In this document: positions 52,847-62,200 of the stretch, in pieces
Position numbering within the stretch: position 1 is the first letter of the stretch
Layout: the number at the start of each line of letters is the position of its first letter
From: Rhodospirillaceae bacterium
GTDB lineage: Bacteria > Pseudomonadota > Alphaproteobacteria > Rhodospirillales > UBA2165
NCBI GenBank assembly: GCA_018674495.1
Contig: JABHAA010000026.1
Location: 84,075 to 148,074 of the forward strand
Length of the DNA: 64,000 nt
Reading direction: 5' to 3'
Notes under the pieces: model-generated
What the model saw: the letters and a program-made list of their open reading frames with translations, nothing else
Databases searched by the model: none
What the model was told of the DNA's origin: nothing
Program-made: the position numbers and the translations under genes

Positions 52847-53827
52847 CTAGCTGCCGTAATATTCCCGGTACCAGGCAACCAGTTTCGGCAATCCCTCTTC
52901 GATGGAAACGCGCGGCTCGAAGCCAAGCTCACTGCGGCTTTTATCGATATTGGCGAGGGTTTCAGGGACGTCGCCCGGCTGCATGGGCAAATAATTGATA
53001 CTGGCGGCCGCACCCAGTTCTTTTTCGATGATATGCACAAAATCCATCAACTGTTCGGCGCGATTGTTGCCGAGATTATATATATTGCTGGGCGGCTCGG
53101 TGCCATCTGAAATGGGTGGACGGTCCAGACAATTCACCACACCGGCGACAATATCATCGATATAGGTGAAATCGCGCTTCATCTCGCCATTGTTGAACAC
53201 GTCGATGGCGTCGCCGGCCAATATTTTGCGGATGAAGATCATCGCTGCCATGTCGGGCCGCCCCCACGGACCATAGACGGTGAAAAACCGGAGCCCACTC
53301 AACGGCATGCCATAAAGATGGGCGTAGCAATGGGCCATCATTTCGCACGATATCTTGGACGCGGCATAGACCGACATGGGCCGCTCCAATTTCTGATCGA
53401 CGCTGAACGGCATATCAGTGCTGCTGCCGTAAACCGAAGAAGACGAGGCATAAACAATATGCTTCAACTGCTTCAATTTTCGGCAAGCTTCCAACAAAGT
53501 CACCTGGCCGTCGATGTTTGTATGCAGGTAGGTATAGGGGTTTTCCAGCGAATAGCGGACGCCGGCCTGGGCGGCCAGATGCACAATGCCCTCGATCTCG
53601 CCGTGGGCATCAATGATGCCGCCGACATCTTCGCGGTTGGCAATATCGGCATGATAGAAAGTAAAAGACGCATCGGCCTCCAACTCCGCCAGCCGCGCGT
53701 TTTTTAATTCCACATCGTAATAGTCGTTGAGATCATCGAGACCGATAACCCGCTCGCCCCGCGCTAATAAGACTTTGGCCGTGTGAAATCCGATGAAACC
53801 GGCGGTGCCGGTGATAAATACGCTCAT
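52847..53827 (-). CDS. NAD-dependent nucleotide-sugar epimerase, UDP-glucuronate 4-epimerase-like
   Basis: I chose the start at MSVFITGTAGFIGFH (GxxGxxG). SSSSVYG and YAASK form the catalytic triad. The DDLNDYYDVELK region is typical of the CapI/LpsL group. Confidence 0.8.
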   Translation of the reverse strand: MSVFITGTAGFIGFHTAKVLLARGERVIGLDDLNDYYDVELKNARLAELEADASFTFYHADIANREDVGGIIDAHGEIEGIVHLAAQAGVRYSLENPYTYLHTNIDGQVTLLEACRKLKQLKHIVYASSSSVYGSSTDMPFSVDQKLERPMSVYAASKISCEMMAHCYAHLYGMPLSGLRFFTVYGPWGRPDMAAMIFIRKILAGDAIDVFNNGEMKRDFTYIDDIVAGVVNCLDRPPISDGTEPPSNIYNLGNNRAEQLMDFVHIIEKELGAAASINYLPMQPGDVPETLANIDKSRSELGFEPRVSIEEGLPKLVAWYREYYGS

Positions 53828-53850
53828 GGCTGCTTTCGCCCGATGGTAAA

Positions 53851-55314
53851 ATGTCCGTTTATGGCGGCACCAAATGCCTTGGGGCCTTTGCGCCGGTAGC
53901 ATTTCAAACTATAAATTGGGAAGCAGGATCCGCTATTCCAGCAATTCTTATCTCTTACCACAATCTCGTTGCCAAGGGAATTCAGGCTCCATATCTTCGG
54001 GGCGCAACCAAACCAAGCAAGGCCGCCTTCCATTTGACAGTTTTCAAAACCATTCGCTTCGATATTGCCGGCGTTCTGGCCGCGACGTTATTCCTGATGC
54101 CGGCCATCGGCACGGTATCGCCAAAAGCAATGGTGCCGTTGCTGCTTATCTCCCTCGTGGCCGTGGCTGCGATCCAGATAACAAAAGGCGGGCCAAAATC
54201 CATGCCGTCGCCGTTGTTGGCCACCGGATTGGCGATATTCCTTTTATGGGCGGCGCTGGGCCTGACTTGGGCGCCGATCCCGCTGCCGGCGGGCTTTTCG
54301 ATCCTATCGCTGACCGCATTGATTATCGCCGGGATGGTGTTTCTCTGGCTGATCCCAACAACGGTTGCGGGAGCGGAAAAAGTGGCAAATTGGTGTTTGA
54401 CCGGCTACGCCACCGCCAACCTGATCATCGCCTTTGAAGCCATTTCTGGCAATTGGATTTCCCGGCGCGTTCGCGGGTTGGAGTGGCGCGATATCATCAG
54501 CATCGAAGGCATCGGCGAAAATCTGGATGCGTTTCTTAACAATGGCATCGTCATCCTGGCGCTGCTTGTTTGGCCGGTGATCACCATACTGAACCGGCGC
54601 CGGCAATGGGCGTGGACGATTGTCGCCCTGGCCTTGATAATGGGTGTGGCTTTTTACTTCCGCCATTCGGCTTCGCTTCTGGCCGTCTTGGCCGGACTGG
54701 TGGCGTGGGGGATGGGGCGCATCAGCCGGGTTTGGACGGCGCGCCTTTTGGCCCTGGGCTTTGTTGTCATGGTGCTTGCCAGTCCGTTCCTGATGGAGCG
54801 ACTGACCCGCGGCGTCGATCTGCACAGCCTGGCCAATTCGGAATTTGGCCGCCGGCTGCCTCAGTCCATTATTCCGAGGCTGTTTATCTGGGACTTCGCG
54901 GCAAAGAAATCTCTGGAAAGACCCGTGCTTGGCTGGGGCATGAATGCGTCGAGGCTGATCCCCGGCGGCGGCGAAAAATTTATCGTCTACGACGCGCGCG
55001 TCGGCAGCGGGAAAATAAAGCAGCTTTATAACGATTCGCTTTTGCCTCTGCATCCGCACAATCAAGCCATTCAAATCTGGCTCGAGCTGGGCGGTGTCGG
55101 CGCCGCCATCGTCGCCCTGTTCGGCGGGTTATTCCTGCTCCGTCTCAGGTTCTTGGCGCCCGCCGAGGCAACCTTGTTTGGAATGATTGTCTCTTATCTG
55201 GTATTCGCGCTGTCCAGTTTCGGCGCCTGGCAAAATTGGTGGATCGCCACCTTGTTTTTGGGCGCCGCCTTGTGGCGGACCACCGGCCGGGAGCGCCTAG
55301 GCGTGCCCGCGTAA
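53851..55314 (+). CDS. O-antigen ligase / Wzy_C-domain polytopic protein
   Basis: About 11 TM segments and a periplasmic loop with LPLHPHNQAIQIWLELGGVG (H..N......E.G..G signature). The true start is probably downstream of 53851, for example ATG 54097. Confidence 0.65.
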   Translation: MSVYGGTKCLGAFAPVAFQTINWEAGSAIPAILISYHNLVAKGIQAPYLRGATKPSKAAFHLTVFKTIRFDIAGVLAATLFLMPAIGTVSPKAMVPLLLISLVAVAAIQITKGGPKSMPSPLLATGLAIFLLWAALGLTWAPIPLPAGFSILSLTALIIAGMVFLWLIPTTVAGAEKVANWCLTGYATANLIIAFEAISGNWISRRVRGLEWRDIISIEGIGENLDAFLNNGIVILALLVWPVITILNRRRQWAWTIVALALIMGVAFYFRHSASLLAVLAGLVAWGMGRISRVWTARLLALGFVVMVLASPFLMERLTRGVDLHSLANSEFGRRLPQSIIPRLFIWDFAAKKSLERPVLGWGMNASRLIPGGGEKFIVYDARVGSGKIKQLYNDSLLPLHPHNQAIQIWLELGGVGAAIVALFGGLFLLRLRFLAPAEATLFGMIVSYLVFALSSFGAWQNWWIATLFLGAALWRTTGRERLGVPA

Positions 55315-57269
55315 TGCCTGGATATCTTCTCTACATCCTTTTGGGGTTCGGCTTGGGCGCATTGGTGCCGGGACCGGGACGCATTGGATTTTCATCGCCG
55401 GGGTTGCGCCTGTTTTTGGGCATCGGCTTGGCACCCATAGCGGTGTTCGTGCTGCACAAAAATATGGGGCTGGGGCTGTTTCACTCGGTCTCGGTCATAT
55501 TTGCGGCAGCCGCGGCCGGGCTGGCGCTGGGCGTCTGGCGCCTGGCTCGCAACCGGCCATCTCTGGAAGATACCTTTAACCCGGCCTTCGTGTTGCCGGC
55601 GGTGATCGGCATCGTCGCCTTGAACTTTGGCGCGCTCGACTACGTGCCCTATTTGGGCGATGAATTTTCCGGCTGGATAAACATCGCCAAACAAATCAAT
55701 GCGGTCGGCGGTTATGCGCCGGAAGACATGTTTGGCTTGCAGGCCGACTATACCCCCGGCTGGCCGCTATTAATGAGCTTCCCTGCCCTCCTGTTAGGGC
55801 AATTCGAGGAGCGCATGGTTGGGCTTTTGCCGGCGGTGATGCATGCCGGGTTGTTTGGTCTGGTGTTCGATCTCGCTGGGCGGACACTCATCAATTTTGG
55901 CGATTTTTCCGCTGCCCGGCGCGCCGTTTATTCCTGGCTCATAGTCTTGTTGCTGCTCAGCGCCGAAGCCACCGGCCAATTGGTAGCGCGCAATTTGCTG
56001 GTCGAACCGCCGCAAATTTACGGTATCGGCGTAACCATGATGTTGGCCGTGGCCATGTTTCTGCCGGGCGTCAGCCAAAGCTGGGCTTCGTTCCTGATCG
56101 GGCTTTCCTTTGCGATCTTGTATTTTATCAAGGTGACGGCGCTGGCATTGCTGCCGCCGATCCTGTTTCTGGCGGTGATCTTACCGTTCGCCGAACGCTT
56201 CTTCGCCGGGTCTTTGGCTCCCGCCCGCGGGTCAGTAAACTGGATAGCGCAATCGATCAAAAATCTGGCGGCGGCGTTGTTGCCCGGCGTCCTTTTGATT
56301 GTGCTCTTCAAATCGTCCATAAGCTCGAGCACGCCCTTCGGCTCGCCATCATCGGTCTTATTACCGGAAATGTTTGCCAAGGCCTTTTCGCTGCAATCGT
56401 TGGAGATCACGCGCCTTGTGGGCGGCGCCGTTTGGGATTTCACCGCCACCTATAAAACGCCGGTCAGCATCGCAGCCCTGATTGGGCTGATCGCGGCCGC
56501 CTTCAATCCCCGCTGGCGCTTGGTGATCGCCGTCTTGTTGGCATTCCTGTTGGTCTATTTCGCCGCCTTGAACTGGTATCATCTGACAATCTGGGACGAT
56601 AATCTGCGCTCCATTCAGCGATATTCCCGCATTCCAGTTCGCGTCTTCCACCTGATTGGATTGATGTTGTTGTTCGTCAATGTCGCCGAGCTGGTGTTGG
56701 GCCGGGAAAGCAGCCGGTTGAAGCACTTTTTGGAAAGCCGGCTGCCGTTCGTCCTGGCAATCGGCTTGGTCGTAGTGTTGGCGGTCTGGCAGGTGCGCCA
56801 GATCGACCGGCGCATCGCCGATCTGTCGACGCGCCAATTTCAGCACGTGGCCGCCTTCCACACCAGCGTCCCGAAAGCGGCCAAACAGATGGGCCAAATT
56901 TTAAGGCAGCTCGGCGATCGAAAAGTGAATCTTTTGGTGGTTCAGCAGGGCGGTAACCCCGATATCTTGGAAGTCGTCCATTATTATTTGGTTTCCAACA
57001 GCTACCGGTCCGGCATTCCAAACATACAATTTCATGCCGTCGTTAGCTGGCCGCTGGCGTCTTCCAGCAACCCATCCGCAGCGGAGCGTCTGGATAAGGC
57101 CATGACCAAAGCCGATGTGATTTGGCCAGTACGCCTCGACGAAGCGATGTCCCGCCGCCTCCGGGAATTGACCGGACCCGGCAAATGCGCCCAGCCTATG
57201 GCCGATAATTTTTTTCTTAGCGACCACGGTAATCCACCGCAATTGCGGTGCGTCACCAAAACCGATTGA
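55314..57269 (+). CDS. Large polytopic membrane protein, GT-C-like glycosyltransferase candidate
   Basis: I chose the ATG at 55314, which forms a TAATG overlap with the upstream stop. About 14 TM segments, an early loop with YLGDEFSGW (acidic pair), and a C-terminal soluble domain. Confidence 0.45.
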   Translation: MPGYLLYILLGFGLGALVPGPGRIGFSSPGLRLFLGIGLAPIAVFVLHKNMGLGLFHSVSVIFAAAAAGLALGVWRLARNRPSLEDTFNPAFVLPAVIGIVALNFGALDYVPYLGDEFSGWINIAKQINAVGGYAPEDMFGLQADYTPGWPLLMSFPALLLGQFEERMVGLLPAVMHAGLFGLVFDLAGRTLINFGDFSAARRAVYSWLIVLLLLSAEATGQLVARNLLVEPPQIYGIGVTMMLAVAMFLPGVSQSWASFLIGLSFAILYFIKVTALALLPPILFLAVILPFAERFFAGSLAPARGSVNWIAQSIKNLAAALLPGVLLIVLFKSSISSSTPFGSPSSVLLPEMFAKAFSLQSLEITRLVGGAVWDFTATYKTPVSIAALIGLIAAAFNPRWRLVIAVLLAFLLVYFAALNWYHLTIWDDNLRSIQRYSRIPVRVFHLIGLMLLFVNVAELVLGRESSRLKHFLESRLPFVLAIGLVVVLAVWQVRQIDRRIADLSTRQFQHVAAFHTSVPKAAKQMGQILRQLGDRKVNLLVVQQGGNPDILEVVHYYLVSNSYRSGIPNIQFHAVVSWPLASSSNPSAAERLDKAMTKADVIWPVRLDEAMSRRLRELTGPGKCAQPMADNFFLSDHGNPPQLRCVTKTD

Positions 57270-57285
57270 GATAAGCCGCCTTGCG

Positions 57286-57906
57286 TTAAAATTTGCGCTC
57301 GACGATAAGCGCTTCATCCATGCGCGCCTGGCGAAGATATTGGCCCATCAGATGCATCAACGATTGGTGCACGTCCTCGATGATGCCGTAATTATCGGCA
57401 GTCACATGCAGATTGACGCTGGCCAATTTGGCGGTGCGCCCACCTTCAAAACCGGTCAGCGAAATCACTTCCAAGCCATTGTCCCGGGCCCAGCTGGCGG
57501 CCCGCACCACATTCTCCGAATCCCCCGACGACGATACGGTCATCACCACATCGCCCTTGCCGGCTTGCAGTTTGAGCTGATGGACAAAAACTTCGTCATA
57601 GGAAATATCGTTGGCGATGGCGGTGATCACTTCGACATTGGCGGCCAGGGATTGCACGCGCGGCAACAGATCCGTATCGGTGGCCAGCAGCTTGCCGTGG
57701 TCGCAAGCCAAATGGTTGGAGATCGAGGCCGAGCCGCCATTGCCGCACACAAACAAGGTGGCGCCGCCTTCATAGGCTTTTCTAAGAATTTCGGTCGCCA
57801 GCCCAAGGGCGCCACGCTCAACGCTTCTCGCCGCCTTGGCGTATTGATCGAAATAGGCGTCCACATAGGCGCCCGCATCGGAAAATTTTGTATCTGGAAA
57901 GCTCAT
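57286..57906 (-). CDS. SIS-domain sugar-phosphate isomerase, GmhA (sedoheptulose-7-P isomerase)-like
   Basis: 206 aa with LFVCGNGGSASISNHLACD and SSSGDSENV, typical of phosphoheptose-isomerase-type SIS proteins. Confidence 0.7.
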   Translation of the reverse strand: MSFPDTKFSDAGAYVDAYFDQYAKAARSVERGALGLATEILRKAYEGGATLFVCGNGGSASISNHLACDHGKLLATDTDLLPRVQSLAANVEVITAIANDISYDEVFVHQLKLQAGKGDVVMTVSSSGDSENVVRAASWARDNGLEVISLTGFEGGRTAKLASVNLHVTADNYGIIEDVHQSLMHLMGQYLRQARMDEALIVERKF

Positions 57907-57970
57907 AGGTGATTATGTACCAAGCCGGCGCCGACTGATCAACGCTGCCCAGAGCATTTCCGGAATTGCT

Positions 57971-59203
57971 CTAGCCGCGTCTGGCGTCTGTGACCGTAAA
58001 CAGGAGCGCGCCGCCGGCTGCGAAAAACACCAATATGGTCGCCATGCCCCAACGCTGGCTTGCGGTTAGCGCCGTTACCGCAGCAAAGACGAGGGGCCCG
58101 ATAAACGCCGTTGCCTTACCGGAAAACGCAAACAGCCCGAACATTTCCGTCTCCAAGCCTTGCGGTGCCAGATGCGCCATCATCGAGCGGCTGGCCGCCT
58201 GCACGGGACCGACGAAAATACCCAGCGCCGATCCCCAGATCAGGAATGCCAAAGTGGTTTCGGCCGATAAAACGCCGGCGGCGACGATGATCAATCCGGC
58301 CAGCGAGATCAAAATTGTGCGCTTGGAGCCAATCCAATCATCAATCCAGGCGAAGGCGAAGGCGCCCAACCCAGCGGTCACATTGATGCCGACGCCGAAT
58401 TGCAGAACTTCGGCAGTGGTCATGCCGAACGTGGTTTTGGCATAGATGCCGCCAACCGCGAACAGAGTAACCAGCCCATCGTTATAAAACAGACGCGCCA
58501 GCAAAAAACGGGCGATATCGCCGTGGCCCCTGACCTGACGCAAGGTGGTGATCAACTGGCGAATGCCATCTTCAATGGCAACCCGCCAGCTTATCGTGCG
58601 CGCCGGCGTATCCGGTGTCCATATAATGAGCGGCAACGTAAACACACCGAACCAGGCCGCCACAAAAACCGAGGTCAGGCGAACCTGATCCAGATTGCTG
58701 GTGTCGAAGGCGCCCAGAATAAACACCAGACAAGCCAGGCCGCCGACATAGCCGAGCCCCCAGGCCCAGCCCGACACCCGCCCGATAATCGGCGCCGGCG
58801 CGATGTCTGGAAGCATGGCGTTATAAAACACGATGCCCAACTCGAAGCCGACATTTGCAAGCGCGACTATAATAAGCGCCGCCAGCACAAAGGCCGGGTC
58901 CGGCTCCACGAACCACAAGGCGCCGGTCAGAATTACAGAAACTGCGGTAAATAATATTATCCAGGGTTTTCGCCGGCCGCCGCGATCGGCAATGGCGCCC
59001 AGCACCGGCGCAAGAACCGCGATCACCAGGGCCGATGCGGATATCGCAAAACCCCATTGGGCGGCGCCAATCGTGGGATCAGGCGCAACGGCGGATACAA
59101 AGTAAGTCGCGAACACAAAGGTGATGACGATCGTCGTGAAAGCCGAATTGGCCCAGTCATAGTAGCACCAAGCGGCGATCCCCAGCTTATCCTTGAGCGG
59201 CAA
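57971..59203 (-). CDS. MFS transporter, UMF1 (Atg22-like) family
   Basis: 410 aa with N-terminal AWCYYDWANSAFTTIVITFVFATYF, characteristic of UMF1, and 12 predicted TM segments. Confidence 0.75.
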   Translation of the reverse strand: MPLKDKLGIAAWCYYDWANSAFTTIVITFVFATYFVSAVAPDPTIGAAQWGFAISASALVIAVLAPVLGAIADRGGRRKPWIILFTAVSVILTGALWFVEPDPAFVLAALIIVALANVGFELGIVFYNAMLPDIAPAPIIGRVSGWAWGLGYVGGLACLVFILGAFDTSNLDQVRLTSVFVAAWFGVFTLPLIIWTPDTPARTISWRVAIEDGIRQLITTLRQVRGHGDIARFLLARLFYNDGLVTLFAVGGIYAKTTFGMTTAEVLQFGVGINVTAGLGAFAFAWIDDWIGSKRTILISLAGLIIVAAGVLSAETTLAFLIWGSALGIFVGPVQAASRSMMAHLAPQGLETEMFGLFAFSGKATAFIGPLVFAAVTALTASQRWGMATILVFFAAGGALLFTVTDARRG

Positions 59204-59212
59204 TCCTTTTGC

Positions 59213-62200
59213 CTAGCCGGCGCCGCTGGCGAGGCTGCTCAAATGACGCGACGCCACTGCCAGCATGGAGAGATCGACCTGCTCGGCGGCCTCCAACTCG
59301 TTCATCATCTGGCGGGTTTGCTCCATTAGCGAGGGGTTGGACTTCATCCAGGCTTCCAACGAGCCGTTACCGCCGCCATTGCCGTTGACGATACGCAAAG
59401 TTATGCCCTTCTGATGGGTATAAAGCTCTTCAATCATCGCCGCCGAGGCCAATTTTTGCCAATGATTTTCGGCCGGCAATTGTTCAGCGCCAAAGCGCAA
59501 CCAGCCGAGCCCGAATATCTCGCCGACGCGGAAATAGAGGCGCGCCACATCAGCAATTTTTACGTGGCAGAGCATTTCGGTGCGGACGATATCGAAAGAC
59601 GAGATCAGCAACAACAAATAGGCAACGCGCCGGGCCAGATCGACCGGCACGCCTTCCCCGGCATAACGCTGGACCCGGTATTCGACCCGCTCGATAACCT
59701 CTTGCGGCGCCACATCCTTGATGATTTTCTTTAGCTGCTGGATACCGGGCTGGAATTCTTCGATGGCGCCGCCGATATTGATAGGATGTTCGAGCCCGCG
59801 TAGCAGCCAAAGGGTCGCCCGCTCGATGAGTTGGTTGACCGCCTGCAAAAGCGTCGCCTGCATGGAGGAGGCTATCTTGTTGTCCAGCGCCTCTATATCG
59901 CGCCAAATGGCTTCCAGACCAAAGCTGTCGCGGACTACGATATAGGCGCGCGCGATATCCACCGGCTGGGCGCCGGATTTCTCCATCAAATTGATAACGA
60001 ACGTACCGCCCACATGGTTGATCATCGAGTTGGTGACGGAGGTGGCGATAATCTGCCTTGCCAGGCGGTGGCCAAGAATTTCGCGCTGGTATTTTTGGCG
60101 GAGCGGCGTCGGGAAATACTCGATCAAATCGGTTTGCAGAAGCTTCTCGTCGGGCAGGCTGGAGGCCAGCAATTCATCGTAAAGCCAAAGCTTGGCATAG
60201 GGCATGACAACCGAAACCTCGGGCCGCGTAAGACCGATCTTGTCGCGCTCCCTTTCTTCCAACTCTTCGTCGTTGGGAAGGAATTCCACCGCCCGGTTGA
60301 GACGCCCCGAACGCTCCAAAAAGCGCACAAAACGACCGTGAAGATCGAGAACATCGGATTCGCGGGACCGGGTCAGGGTGATCGCCTGGGTTTGTAAATA
60401 GTTGTCGCGCAACACCAAATCGCCAACCTCGTTGGTCATACTTTCGAGCAATTTGTTGCGCTGGCCCATGTTGAGTTTTTTCTTGGCAACCACCGAGTCC
60501 AACAGGATCTTGATATTGACCTCGTGGTCCGAGCAATCGACGCCGGCGGAATTGTCGACCGAGTCCGTATTCAAGCGGCCGCCGGCAAGGGCAAACTCGA
60601 TGCGCCCGCGCTGGGTGGCGCCCAAATTTGCGCCTTCGCCAATCACCTGGCAGCGCAGCTCAGCGCCATCGATGCGGATAGCATCGTTAGCCCGGTCTCC
60701 GGCATCTGCATTCGCTTCCGTAGACGCCTTGATATAGGTGCCAATGCCACCGAACCATAACAGCTCGATCTCGGCGCGCAGAAGAATTTGAATTAGCTCG
60801 TTCGGCGTCACCGATGAGTTCGAGATGGCGAAGCGGGAACGGATTTCCGGCGAAAGCTTGATGGTTTTGGCGCTGCGTTCGAAAATGCCGCCGCCCTTGG
60901 AAATCAGCTTAGCGTTGTAGTCGGTCCAGCCCGAGCGCGACAGGGCGAACAGGCGCTTGCGTTCGGCAAAGCTTTTCGCCGCATCAGGATTGGGATCAAC
61001 AAATATATGCATATGGTTGAAGGCGGCATAAAGATTGATGTGCTTGGACAAAAGCATGCCGTTACCGAACACGTCGCCCGACATGTCGCCGACACCGACG
61101 ACGCTGAATTCTTCGCTCTGAATGTCTTTGCCGGATTCGCGGAAATGTCGTTTTACCGATTCCCAGGCGCCGCGCGCGGTGATACCCATTTTCTTGTGAT
61201 CGTAGCCGACGCTGCCACCCGACGCATAGGCATCGCCCAGCCAGAAGCCGTAATCGTCAGCAATACCGTTGGCGATGTCGGAGAATGTCGCTGTGCCCTT
61301 GTCGGCGGCGACCACCAGATAGGGATCGTCGTCGTCGTGGCGGACAACATCCTTGGGTGCCACAATCTTAGCGCCCTGATAATTGTCGGTGATATCGAGA
61401 AGCCCGCTCATGAACAGCTTGTAGCAGGCAATACCCTCGGCGATGAAGGCGTCACGCCCGCCGGTCGTGGGCGGATTCTTGACCACAAAGCCGCCCTTCG
61501 ATCCGACCGGAACGATGACCGCATTTTTGACCATTTGCGCCTTCATCAGGCCCAGAATCTCGGTGCGAAAATCTTCGGGCCGGTCCGACCAGCGAAGCCC
61601 GCCGCGCGCCACCAGACCACCGCGAAGATGGATCGCTTCGAACCTCGGCGAATAGACAAATATCTCGCGCAAGGGCCGGGGTAGGGGCAGCTCGTCGACG
61701 GCACCGCTGTCTAGCTTGATGGAAAGGTAGGATTTCGGTCCGCCATCGGCATTGCTTTGAAAGAAATTGGTGCGCAATGTTGACGCCACGCCGTTCCAGA
61801 AGCGGCGTAAAATCCGATCCTCATCGGCACTTTCCACCTTGTCCAAAAGATCGTTCAGCGATTGCGTCAGGCGCGACACCTGGCGGTTCCGGTTCTCGGC
61901 TTTGGGATCGAAGCGGGCACTGAACAGGCGCGCGATAGCCCCCGCCGCTTGCGGGTTATTGCCGAGTGCGCGCTCCATATAATCTTGCGAAAATGGCGCG
62001 TTTGTCTGGCGCAGGTATTTGGCGTAAGCGCGCAACACGGTTATTTCCCGCCAGCCGAGACCGGCGCTCAACACCAACGCGTTGAAGCCATCGCTTTCCA
62101 TTTCGCCTTCCCAGGTGCGGCGAAACACTTCGTGGAAATTGTCGCGAACTCCATCCAGGGACACGTTTTCCCCGTCCCGGGTAACAAGCCCGAAATCGTG

